Origin: a virus
Lineage: Duplodnaviria; Caudoviricetes
DNA: 54,067 bases
Strand: one strand, 5' to 3'
IMG/VR virus record: IMGVR_UViG_3300037506_000287
Span: 1 to 54,067 of that record
How positions within the stretch are numbered: the stretch's first letter is position 1; every line of letters starts with the position of its first letter. A model generated the notes under the pieces. The model was given only the letters and a program-made list of their open reading frames with translations. It searched no databases and had not been told where the DNA came from. Position numbers and translations under genes: made by a program. Below, piece by piece: positions 1-7,841 of this stretch.

Positions 1-77
1 AGTTGTTCGCGCGCGAAATCCATTCGGGGTGGGATGCGTGGGGAAACGAAATAAACGGTGGCATTGACCTTCGATGA
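1..77 (+). CDS. C-terminal fragment of MT-A70-family adenine methyltransferase (truncated by window start)
   Basis: Frame from nt 3 reads (E)LFAREIHSGWDAWGNEINGGIDLR*; ELFAR...GWDxWGNE is the typical MT-A70 C-terminus. Not in the ORF track. Confidence 0.75.
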   Translation, partial: LFAREIHSGWDAWGNEINGGIDLR

Positions 78-136
78 AGAAAAGAAAAAAACAGTCTGTA
101 CGTTATAGATTCGACAAACGCCGGGGGTGCGCGCCA

Positions 137-160
137 GCGGGTGACGCATACGTTAGGCCG
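137..160 (+). repeat. attC-like right half-site, copy 1
   Basis: GCGGGTGACGCATACGTTAGGCCG with GTTRRRY core at 152-158; similar copies at 2315 and 3367. Confidence 0.5.
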
Positions 161-176
161 CTGATAAGGAATCTGT

Positions 177-545
177 ATGCCAGACCTCACCGAGCGTCGA
201 GCGAAATTTGTGTACGATGCGGCGCGGCTCGCCGCCCAAGCCGCGAACGCGCCGATAGTACCTGTTCCATGGGATGAGCGAGAAGAACCATTCAAGATGC
301 AATTTCTACGGGTAATAGAGCGACAATGTGGCGATCAACGGTCGCACTCGCCCGAAGAACTACACGGCTCATGGATGCAGGCATATTTCGAGATGGGCTG
401 GCAGTACGGCCCTGAATACAGCCGCGAGAAAAAGACACATCCCGACCTTGTGCCATACGCCGATCTCGGACAATTGGAGCGCGACAAGGATGCTGTGTTC
501 GTGGCGCTGTGTGAAATCGCCCGTCAGTGGATTTACGCGGACTAA
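177..545 (+). CDS. RyR-repeat domain phage protein
   Basis: PEELHGSWM...GWQYG...KKTHPDLVPYADL...KD matches the RyR-repeat pattern; AAGGA RBS upstream. Confidence 0.7.
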   Translation: MPDLTERRAKFVYDAARLAAQAANAPIVPVPWDEREEPFKMQFLRVIERQCGDQRSHSPEELHGSWMQAYFEMGWQYGPEYSREKKTHPDLVPYADLGQLERDKDAVFVALCEIARQWIYAD

Positions 546-552
546 CAACGGT

Positions 553-804
553 ATGAAAAGATTTTCATACTTAGAACGCCATAAATTATTTGCTGGAAAA
601 ACTATCATTTCCCACAACACAAGTTGGGGTGGTGCGTTTGCAGATCACAAGCATTGGATGGCCGAACGCGATGGAGAAGTTTGGGATTACGGCTCGTTGC
701 AATTTCTTATCGACGATGCCATCAAGGATGGATTCGATTTCGTAGTGTTGCGGGTGCATCGCAATGGTGACGCAACCCAACTGCGACTGAGCAAAGATGA
801 TTGA
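553..804 (+). CDS. hypothetical protein
   Basis: ATG 553 just after previous stop; end overlaps start of next gene. Confidence 0.6.
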   Translation: MKRFSYLERHKLFAGKTIISHNTSWGGAFADHKHWMAERDGEVWDYGSLQFLIDDAIKDGFDFVVLRVHRNGDATQLRLSKDD

Positions 805-1846
805 TATACAAGACAAAAGCATCCCCTTCAAGTTCGTTGATCTCTTCGCGGGTATAGGTGGCTTCCGTATCGCTTTGGAGAAATTGGGCGGGAAATGCGT
901 TTTCACCTCAGAATGGGATAAGCACTGCCAAAGAACATACAAAGACTGGTTTGGCGAGATTCCGCACGGCGATGTTCGCAAGGTGAAGCCATCGGAAATT
1001 CCCGACCACGACATACTCGCGGCCGGCTTCCCCTGCCAGCCATTTTCCATCGCTGGTGTATCAAAGAAAAAGAGTTTGGGGCGCGCACACGGTTTCAAGG
1101 ATGCGACCCAGGGCACACTCTTTTTCAATTTGGCAACCATTATCAAAGTCAAGAGACCACCTGTGCTTTTCCTTGAGAACGTCAAGAACCTCCAATCACA
1201 CGACAAAGGCCGCACCTGGAAAGTAATCCATGAAACTTTGGAGTCGCTGGGCTATTGGGTCTTTCATAAGGTAATTGACGCGGCGGGCTGGGTTCCTCAG
1301 CACCGGGAGCGCATTTACATCGTCTGCTTTGACAAGAAAACTTTTCCAGCCAGGCCTCCTTTTGAGTTCCCAGCCCCTCCCGAAAAGGAACAGCCAAAGT
1401 TGGCGGATATGCTTGAGCCATCGCCCGAATCCAAATACACGCTGACAAATCATCTCTGGAACTACCTCCAGGAGTACGCAGAGCGTCACCGCGCGAAGGG
1501 AAACGGCTTTGGCTTTGGCCTTGCGAATCCGAAAGGCGTTACACGGACACTAAGCGCAAGATACTATAAGGATGGTTCCGAAATTCTAATTCCTCAGAAT
1601 GGGCGAAATCCAAGAAGGCTTACACCGCGTGAGTGTGCTCGGCTCATGGGTTTTGGCGACCATCTGCCAATAGTCGTTTCGGACACACAGGCTTATAGAC
1701 AATTCGGCAACGCCGTAGTTCCAAAGGTTGTCGAAGCCGTCGGCGGTCAAATAACAAAAGTGTTGCGGAATGGCGAGCGGGCTAACGGGGAAATGAACAG
1801 AGACGCGTTAACCCGTTCGTCAGATGGAAGGAGTCGTAAGCTATGA
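797..1846 (+). CDS. dcm: C5-cytosine DNA methyltransferase, Dcm/EcoRII-like
   Basis: FAGIGG (motif I), GFPCQPFS (IV), ENV (VI), QHRERIY (VIII), [15 protein letters not shown] and [14 protein letters not shown] resemble Dcm. Confidence 0.92.
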   Translation: MIDIQDKSIPFKFVDLFAGIGGFRIALEKLGGKCVFTSEWDKHCQRTYKDWFGEIPHGDVRKVKPSEIPDHDILAAGFPCQPFSIAGVSKKKSLGRAHGFKDATQGTLFFNLATIIKVKRPPVLFLENVKNLQSHDKGRTWKVIHETLESLGYWVFHKVIDAAGWVPQHRERIYIVCFDKKTFPARPPFEFPAPPEKEQPKLADMLEPSPESKYTLTNHLWNYLQEYAERHRAKGNGFGFGLANPKGVTRTLSARYYKDGSEILIPQNGRNPRRLTPRECARLMGFGDHLPIVVSDTQAYRQFGNAVVPKVVEAVGGQITKVLRNGERANGEMNRDALTRSSDGRSRKL

Positions 1847-2292
1847 CCGTTTATGCCGAAGCCGTGAATTTCTGGCAGACAAGTCGCTCATCGTCCGACA
1901 CATGGATTAGCAAAGCCCAGCGGCAAATTGAAGAACTCGGCGGCAAGGTGCTGGGCGAAGGCTTTGGAAGCGACGCGGAGGGCCGCGCCGCTTTCATGCT
2001 TGGATTTTCCATCGGCGGGGATGCGTTCAAAATCATATGGCCCGTCCTGACAAGCAAGACGAAGAACTCATCTGCCGCGAAAATCCAGGCCGCGACGATG
2101 ATGTATCACTACGTCAAAAGCGTCTGTTTGTACGCGGTTGTGGTCGGGGCGCGGGCCGCCTTCTTCTCTCACCTGATCCTGCCAGACGGTCGCGTAGCCT
2201 CGCAAGTTGCTGGTGATGAGATTGCCGAAGTCGTGCCGCAGGTGTTTTTATTGCCAGAGCCGGTGAGGTCGGATGACGCCGGCAAAGGGTGA
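1843..2292 (+). CDS. hypothetical protein
   Basis: 149-aa ORF with ATGA overlap to dcm. Confidence 0.7.
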   Translation: MTVYAEAVNFWQTSRSSSDTWISKAQRQIEELGGKVLGEGFGSDAEGRAAFMLGFSIGGDAFKIIWPVLTSKTKNSSAAKIQAATMMYHYVKSVCLYAVVVGARAAFFSHLILPDGRVASQVAGDEIAEVVPQVFLLPEPVRSDDAGKG

Positions 2293-2314
2293 TGTCCCTA
2301 TGGAGTTGGGCGGC

Positions 2315-2337
2315 GCGGCGAACGCAAACCGTTAGGT
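2315..2337 (+). repeat. attC-like right half-site, copy 2
   Basis: GCGGCGAACGCAAACCGTTAGGT, intergenic. Confidence 0.5.
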
Positions 2338-2408
2338 GATTTCATGCCAACGACCATCGAAGTGCACTCGCTTATACTGAAAATGTGGCAGGTCGTCGAG
2401 AGGGAACC

Positions 2409-3374
2409 GTGAGATTGGTTGATGGAGTTGGTGTGACCCGCGCTGATGCGCGGCGCGGGCCGTTGAGAGACGAATGTGTGCAATGCGTGGTCACATCGCC
2501 GCCTTACTACGGTTTGCGCGATTACGGGGTAGCCGGGCAGATTGGTCTTGAACAAACGCCCACCGATTACGTGGCGGAGGTGGTGACGGCGTTCCGCGAA
2601 GTGCGACGCGTGCTGAGACCTGACGGTGTGGTGTGGCTCGTTCTTGGAGATAGCTATGCCGTCAGTGGCAAGGGCGGGAAAGAGATAGGTCTGAAGCCCA
2701 AAGACTTGATAGGAATCCCCTGGATGATCGCATTCGCACTTCGAGATGATGGTTGGTATCTGCGCTCGGATGTTATTTGGAGCAAGCCAAATCCGATGCC
2801 GGAAAGCGTGACCGACCGTCCTACGCGGGCGCACGAATACGTGTTTTTGTTGAGCAGGAGCGGGCGTTACTTTTACGATGCGGGGTCAATCAAAACGCCT
2901 CCGAAGATGGAGTTTCAGTGGGCGCGCTGGACTCCCGGACAAAACCCGCACACGCTCAACCGGCCGCGCCGTTCTGACAAACAGCGCGGTCATTCGCGTC
3001 GCCATTCCGGTTTCAATGATCGATGGGATAAGATGAGCAAACTCGAACAGAGCGCGATGGGAGCGAATGCGCGGTCGGTTTGGGAGATGGCTCCTAGCCA
3101 GTACCGGGGCGCGCACTTCGCTACTTATCCGCCTGAGCTGGTCAGGCGATGTATCCTGGCTGGAAGTCGTCCGGGAGATTTGGTATTCGATCCTTTCACC
3201 GGGAGCGGCACGACCGGACTGGTCGCCGCTGCTCTGAATCGCCGGTTTGTAGGCGGGGAACTCAACCCGAAATACATCACACAATCCGTCAAGCGGTTGA
3301 GTCCAATTGCTTTTCAAGTGTGGTTGACTGGTTTGGGAAGAAAAATGAAGGAGAACGCCGCCCCGCGCGGCTGA
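2409..3374 (+). CDS. beta-class N4-cytosine/N6-adenine DNA methyltransferase
   Basis: TSPPY catalytic motif N-terminal; HFATYP and DPFTGSGTT SAM-binding motif C-terminal; GTG 2409 after GAGGGA (ORF open from 2385). Confidence 0.9.
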   Translation: MRLVDGVGVTRADARRGPLRDECVQCVVTSPPYYGLRDYGVAGQIGLEQTPTDYVAEVVTAFREVRRVLRPDGVVWLVLGDSYAVSGKGGKEIGLKPKDLIGIPWMIAFALRDDGWYLRSDVIWSKPNPMPESVTDRPTRAHEYVFLLSRSGRYFYDAGSIKTPPKMEFQWARWTPGQNPHTLNRPRRSDKQRGHSRRHSGFNDRWDKMSKLEQSAMGANARSVWEMAPSQYRGAHFATYPPELVRRCILAGSRPGDLVFDPFTGSGTTGLVAAALNRRFVGGELNPKYITQSVKRLSPIAFQVWLTGLGRKMKENAAPRG

Positions 3375-3391
3375 CGCAAACCGTTAGGCCG
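3367..3391 (+). repeat. attC-like right half-site, copy 3
   Basis: GCGGCTGACGCAAACCGTTAGGCCG overlapping the MTase stop. Confidence 0.5.
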
Positions 3392-3430
3392 GTCGCGCTA
3401 TCGGATCGGGCGACGAATTTGGAGGTCACT

Positions 3431-3670
3431 ATGAAAGTCGGGTATCCACAAGAGGACAACCGGCCAACCTTCGATGTGTCGAACGAAGGTGTGGATCAGC
3501 ACGTAATCGGCAACAAGTTCTGTACCGAGGGCTGGTGCGGCTCTACCTACCCGATCCCCTGCCAATGCGGCGGCTTGATCCACGCCGATTTTGGCGATGA
3601 AGATAGAGAGGGAAATTACTGGCTTATTCTCAGATGTGATCGGTGTGGGGAACGGTATGACGATTATTAG
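3431..3670 (+). CDS. small Cys-rich (Zn-ribbon-like) hypothetical protein
   Basis: GGAGG RBS, ATG 3431; CxC and CxxC motifs. Confidence 0.65.
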   Translation: MKVGYPQEDNRPTFDVSNEGVDQHVIGNKFCTEGWCGSTYPIPCQCGGLIHADFGDEDREGNYWLILRCDRCGERYDDY

Positions 3671-3689
3671 TCAGCGAGCCGGGGGGAGC

Positions 3690-4500
3690 GCCGCTCGTCC
3701 GTCCCGTCCCCCCGCACCGAGCGGCGCGGCGAACGGCGATCAGGCCAGAGTAGGGTGGGGGGCTTTCCAGTAAGCCTTTCTCGCAACAACAGCGGCGGCA
3801 TCGCCCCCAAACCTCCCTCAATAGAGCAGAAGACTGAGGTAGGGACATCCGAAAAGGGGGGAGAGAACCTATAGAACGCGATGTAAATTCTGTTCTAGTG
3901 CGCGCGTATGGCCTCCCGCACCAAAACAAAAACACACCAAATCAAAACGTCCCTACCCCACCAAATATAACGCAAAGAAAAGAGAACCCCCCGCCCGCCC
4001 GCCCCCGCCCGCCCCCGCCCTTCCGCCCCGCCCCCGACTGTTCACCCCTGACTGTCCGCCCGCCCGCCCATCACCTGTGCCACAACGCTATGCCCACCGC
4101 CCTCGACTGTCCGCCCCCGCCCGCTCCGCCCCCGCCCGCGCCTAGTATCTACTCCCGATAACTAGGACTTGTCGTTGGTGGGGTAGAGTGGTGGGCGGAC
4201 AGTCGGGGGCGTGCATGACTGAAGGCAGTGGGGTAGCGTGATGGGCGCGCACGACTTCAGGCCGTGGGGTAGGGGGGTTACCTTTTGAGTGACCTGTAGT
4301 GGAGTGTGGAGTGTGGGGATGAGTGTGACGTGGAGTGTGGCGTGGCGTGTGGCGTGTGGCGTGTGGCGTGTACGCGCATGACCTCTCGCTCCCCCAACCT
4401 CATATCCTTACGGCCGCCCGTCCTCTGTGGTTGGCATCCTCGAATAGTTGGCAAACGCCAACCAATACTAACCGAGGCTATCGCTCAGTGGCGGTTGCAC
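3690..4500. other. long non-coding low-complexity region; candidate genome terminus, origin or packaging region
   Basis: C-rich (CCCG)n tracts 3987-4140, G/T-rich (GTGGC)n tracts ~4296-4370, nested inverted repeat centred ~4154; overlapping ORFs are low-complexity artefacts. Confidence 0.55.
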
Positions 4501-4530
4501 GTGCTAATGTAGATGCACAATCAATCAACG

Positions 4531-4559
4531 CCCGCCGCCCGAACAAATAAGGGCGGCGG
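4531..4559 (+). promoter_or_regulatory. conserved early-gene hairpin, copy 1
   Basis: CCCGCCGCCC-GAACAAATAA-GGGCGGCGG, 7 nt before ATG 4567. Confidence 0.8.
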
Positions 4560-4566
4560 TCAAAAC

Positions 4567-4845
4567 ATGACTTTTTGCGAATTTCTGAAGGCTGCTTACG
4601 ACATGCGCGCGCCGGTCAAAGACTGGCGGGGTAGAGGGGGGGTACCCTACACTCATCAAAACCACTTTTTCATTGAATGTGGGCCAAGTGATGTGTGGGA
4701 GGCGTCCCCCGAGGGGAATGTCTGGTATCAAAACACACTGTGGGTGCTTAAAAATGTACCCCTTGGGGCGGGGTACACGTTTTACTCTGCTTTGGGTGAC
4801 TACACCCTGCCAGCGAAAGAGGGCTCCCCAACGTACGAACGGTAA
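4567..4845 (+). CDS. early hypothetical protein
   Basis: ATG immediately after hairpin copy 1. Confidence 0.6.
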   Translation: MTFCEFLKAAYDMRAPVKDWRGRGGVPYTHQNHFFIECGPSDVWEASPEGNVWYQNTLWVLKNVPLGAGYTFYSALGDYTLPAKEGSPTYER

Positions 4846-4868
4846 CGCCACTCAAAAGCGATAACGCG

Positions 4869-4898
4869 CCCGCCGCCCGAACAGATAAGGGCGGCGGG
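4869..4898 (+). promoter_or_regulatory. conserved early-gene hairpin, copy 2
   Basis: CCCGCCGCCC-GAACAGATAA-GGGCGGCGGG, 5 nt before csx15 ATG. Confidence 0.8.
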
Positions 4899-4903
4899 AA
4901 GAT

Positions 4904-5287
4904 ATGATTATCATCAACTTCTCTCACCCCCTCACCGATGAGCAGTTGGCGCGCGTGCAGGCGCTCACCGGCCATCCGGTGGAGCGCCTCATCAACATGC
5001 CGGTACAGTTTGATCACCAGCAGCCCTTCGAGCCTCAGCTGGCCGCCCTGCTGGGCGGCCTCGACCTCCCGCCCGACGAGTGGCAGACGGCCCCAATTAT
5101 CATCAATCCGCCATCCCTCAACTCCATCACCGCCCTAGTGCTGGCCGAACTGCACGGGCGCATGGGCTACTTCCCGCCCATTGTCCGGCTCCGTCCAGTT
5201 GCCGGCTCCATGCCACCGCGATATGAAGTGGCGGAAGTCTTCAACTTGCAGCGCACCCGCGACGCCGCGCGAATCAAGCGCCAGTAA
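4904..5287 (+). CDS. csx15: CRISPR-associated protein Csx15 homologue
   Basis: NFSHPLT, QFD...PF..Q, EWQT.P, LAELHGRMGYFP, EVAEV.NLQ..R..AR match Chloroflexota Csx15 over the whole length. Confidence 0.88.
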   Translation: MIIINFSHPLTDEQLARVQALTGHPVERLINMPVQFDHQQPFEPQLAALLGGLDLPPDEWQTAPIIINPPSLNSITALVLAELHGRMGYFPPIVRLRPVAGSMPPRYEVAEVFNLQRTRDAARIKRQ

Positions 5288-5289
5288 TC

Positions 5290-5335
5290 GTCGCACCGCC
5301 GCCCGTATCCGTTTGGGCGGCGGGGAGATTGAAAC
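5290..5335 (+). repeat. hairpin copy 3 (loop inverted) inside a solitary CRISPR-repeat-like unit
   Basis: GTCGCA-CCGCCGCCC-GTATCCGTTT-GGGCGGCGG-GGAGATTGAAAC. Confidence 0.5.
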
Positions 5336-5385
5336 CCCGTCCCGGGAGATTATGCCTGGGACACATTCTGGAAAGGAGAAATAAA

Positions 5386-5799
5386 ATGGGAGCCGACTTG
5401 TTTTTGGCCTCGGTATGTAACGAGGCCAGAGAAAAGTACTTGGCCTCTTATAAAGAGGCGTTGCGGTTGCGTGACAACGCAGCCACAACAGTCGAGTTCG
5501 ACATCTATCAAAAAGATGTCGAACGGTACTCCGGGTTAATGAACCCGGAGAATGGATACTTCAGGGACAGCTACAACGATAGCTGTCTCTTGTGGCGATG
5601 GGGTATGTCCTGGTGGGACAACCCGTTTGTTGAGGACGGAACAATAAGCCCTGAAAGGGCTGAGGAATTCCTGTTGGTCTTGAACCACATTATCACTCCC
5701 CCGGACTGGGGGGAGTACTTCGACGACAAAAAGAGGCGGCTTATCCGCCTCCTGGAAACAGCCATCTCCAAGGGCGAGAGCATAATCGCCGACGTCTAG
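5386..5799 (+). CDS. early hypothetical protein
   Basis: AGGAG RBS; MGADL... start, GYFRDSYN motif. Confidence 0.75.
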   Translation: MGADLFLASVCNEAREKYLASYKEALRLRDNAATTVEFDIYQKDVERYSGLMNPENGYFRDSYNDSCLLWRWGMSWWDNPFVEDGTISPERAEEFLLVLNHIITPPDWGEYFDDKKRRLIRLLETAISKGESIIADV

Positions 5800-5805
5800 A
5801 TAGTG

Positions 5806-5831
5806 CCCGCCGCCCGAACAAGGGCGGCGGG
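5806..5831 (+). promoter_or_regulatory. conserved early-gene hairpin, copy 4 (short loop)
   Basis: CCCGCCGCCC-GAACAA-GGGCGGCGGG, 9 nt before ATG 5841. Confidence 0.8.
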
Positions 5832-5840
5832 GAGAAGAAC

Positions 5841-6113
5841 ATGGGAAAACCGAAAATCGTTCTGGCGGCAGAGGTCGCTAGGGCAGCTGGTTATGAATAC
5901 ATGGCCTGCATAATTAAGTCGGTGAATCACATCGACTATTGGCAAGTTGTGCCAATAGGCGACATACTGCGGGCCGGTAGATGGCCCGCAGCCGGAAAGC
6001 TGTTTAGTTACAAACATGGGGGGACTAGTATCACGGTGGGGGTCACTACATCCATGCTACCAATGCAAACTATCAGCCGCAGGGAGGCCCTGCGGCTTGT
6101 GGATAACGACTGA
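5841..6113 (+). CDS. early hypothetical protein
   Basis: ATG after hairpin and GGAG. Confidence 0.65.
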   Translation: MGKPKIVLAAEVARAAGYEYMACIIKSVNHIDYWQVVPIGDILRAGRWPAAGKLFSYKHGGTSITVGVTTSMLPMQTISRREALRLVDND

Positions 6114-6125
6114 AAGGTACGACTT

Positions 6126-6344
6126 ATGATGGCTGCATTACAGGCCCTGATCGCCCGGATAGAGGGGCAGGGAGTCCCGCTCCCGGAGGATGAGCGGGAC
6201 TGGCTGGAATCGATAAAAACGCCGGATGATCTAGTGAACTATACACCGGATCATACCGGTAGATGGCAAGCCCTAGCTTGGGACGCGGCAAAGGCCCTGG
6301 GCTTGTCGAATTGGGACGCCGGCTCCGTTGCCGGTGATCACTGA
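6126..6344 (+). CDS. early hypothetical protein
   Basis: 72-aa acidic ORF in series. Confidence 0.6.
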   Translation: MMAALQALIARIEGQGVPLPEDERDWLESIKTPDDLVNYTPDHTGRWQALAWDAAKALGLSNWDAGSVAGDH

Positions 6345-6355
6345 CAAGCGCTAGG

Positions 6356-6628
6356 ATGTTAAGAATCCAAGAATACACCGTCAAGGGGGTGTTACAGGAA
6401 GGAAATTGCCAATATTGTCGTTGGTATCTAACCAACGGCGAAACGGCATTCGAACACGTCGGCTACATATACTGTAGCCGACAGTGCGCCAGAGACGACT
6501 GGAAAATCAGGGTTAAGGCCGAGGTGCAAGCGGCCAACCAGAGATGGGCCGCCGCCCGAACAAATAAGGGCGGCGGGGGAAAAGAATATGATCGAACTGA
6601 AGTTAATCAAAGAAGACAAAGGGGATAG
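6356..6628 (+). CDS. early hypothetical protein with CxxC...CxxxC Zn-finger-like motif
   Basis: CQYC and YCSRQC; the C-terminus reads through hairpin copy 5. Confidence 0.55.
   Translation: MLRIQEYTVKGVLQEGNCQYCRWYLTNGETAFEHVGYIYCSRQCARDDWKIRVKAEVQAANQRWAAARTNKGGGGKEYDRTEVNQRRQRG
6549..6576 (+). promoter_or_regulatory. conserved early-gene hairpin, copy 5
   Basis: CCGCCGCCC-GAACAAATAA-GGGCGGCGG, 11 nt before ATG 6588. Confidence 0.8.
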
Positions 6629-6800
6629 AAAGTTTGTCTTCAGGGGCGTGGAGTTCTGGGTTAACAACAGGAACCTGATTGGTTGGTGCAGTGACTGGAA
6701 CATTGTCGATGTCCTAGTCAAAGAGGGGCTAGCCAAAATCATATTCTACCCAAACTGTTACAACCACACTGACTACCTTTTGCTTGACCCTGACCGCTGA
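6588..6800 (+). CDS. early hypothetical protein
   Basis: ATG after hairpin. Confidence 0.6.
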   Translation: MIELKLIKEDKGDRKFVFRGVEFWVNNRNLIGWCSDWNIVDVLVKEGLAKIIFYPNCYNHTDYLLLDPDR

Positions 6801-6871
6801 CTGTCCGCGCTAGAGTGATGAGCGCATTACCAATTAGTACCAACACCCGAACTAAGGGCGACGAGGCCTGT

Positions 6872-7024
6872 ATGAGTAATTACTGGTTGATCAGCTATCT
6901 GTATAACTCAACTACGCAGGCGCAGTTTGTCATCCGCGCCCGCGACAAGTACGAGGCATTATGGGCGGCCCGTTGGTTGGTGCGGGCCACTATTATCGAT
7001 TGCTTGCCCTATCCTGGCGAGTAA
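6872..7024 (+). CDS. early hypothetical protein
   Basis: ATG 6872 after degenerate hairpin CCCGAACTAAGGGCGACG and GAGG. Confidence 0.5.
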   Translation: MSNYWLISYLYNSTTQAQFVIRARDKYEALWAARWLVRATIIDCLPYPGE

Positions 7025-7039
7025 AAAAGGAGACTCTCG

Positions 7040-7750
7040 ATGAACCGATACCCTGGAACGTATGCTGAGGCCGAGGCTTACCTCGGCCAGAAATTAGGGC
7101 GGCCCATTGCGAACAATACCCGGATTGTTAGAGGTGATGGGCATATCGCCCTGACCCTGCACGAGAACACGATAGTGGAGTATACCCCCTCAGGGGTATC
7201 GCTTTATTCGTCGGGGTGGCGCACCCCGACGACAAAAGACCGCATCAACCGCGTGATTGAACAGAGGGGATATACAGTATTTTCTGTTGCCGGGGTGTGG
7301 TATGTAGCCCCTAACCGCCGGGAGGCGGCCGTACCATTCGCGGAGGGCTTGACCCTCCGGGCCGACGGCACTTTGACTGGTGCCGCCGAGGCCGAGGATG
7401 CTAAGAGGTCGCTGACTCTCCGAAAGTCAATAAAGGCGTACGCGAAAGCTTACGCCGCGGAGTTTGGGGCGGGCCGGATAGACCGGCCCGGCCCGGGAGA
7501 TTGTGTGTACTGCCGCCTAGAGGCAAGCGGTACGGAGGCAATCCCCAATGACCATTTAGAAATTCACTTGGCTGATGGTTATTATGTACCCTCACTGTTG
7601 GTGACTGCCGCCCGAACGTGCCCGGACAAACTGTCCAGTTACGCGTCAGGGTTTATCGAAGAGTGGGCCGCAACTGAAGATATCGGAGGGACGGCCCAGA
7701 GGCAGATTGAATCCTGCATCAAGGCTTACCTGATACGGCGGCTAGGATGA
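7040..7750 (+). CDS. conserved phage hypothetical protein
   Basis: AGGAG RBS; GWRTPTTKDRIN motif seen in phage early proteins; CxxC. Confidence 0.75.
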   Translation: MNRYPGTYAEAEAYLGQKLGRPIANNTRIVRGDGHIALTLHENTIVEYTPSGVSLYSSGWRTPTTKDRINRVIEQRGYTVFSVAGVWYVAPNRREAAVPFAEGLTLRADGTLTGAAEAEDAKRSLTLRKSIKAYAKAYAAEFGAGRIDRPGPGDCVYCRLEASGTEAIPNDHLEIHLADGYYVPSLLVTAARTCPDKLSSYASGFIEEWAATEDIGGTAQRQIESCIKAYLIRRLG

Positions 7751-7774
7751 TTGGATTGGATTGGATTGGATTGG
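7750..7774 (+). repeat. (ATTGG)5 microsatellite
   Basis: ATTGGATTGGATTGGATTGGATTGG. Confidence 0.9.
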
Positions 7775-7795
7775 GCGAGTAAGGCTTACTCGCCC
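7773..7795. promoter_or_regulatory. palindromic site GAGTAAG-N-CTTACTC (extended to 23 bp)
   Basis: GGGCGAGTAAG-G-CTTACTCGCCC, intergenic. Confidence 0.7.
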
Positions 7796-7841
7796 GCTCA
7801 CGTCTGCCCACGCAGTTCTCTAGAAAGCGAGAGGTGAAAGT

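Noticed and set aside
4540-4550. CGAACA in the hairpin loops as LexA boxes
   Set aside because: Only a half-site; the GTTC partner four bases later is missing.
3591-4550. Short Pro-rich or Cys/Val-rich ORFs
   Set aside because: Products of low-complexity DNA, without an RBS.
4531-6576. Hairpin repeats as a CRISPR array or as terminators
   Set aside because: Spacing is 300-750 nt with whole genes in between, and no U-tract follows the stems.
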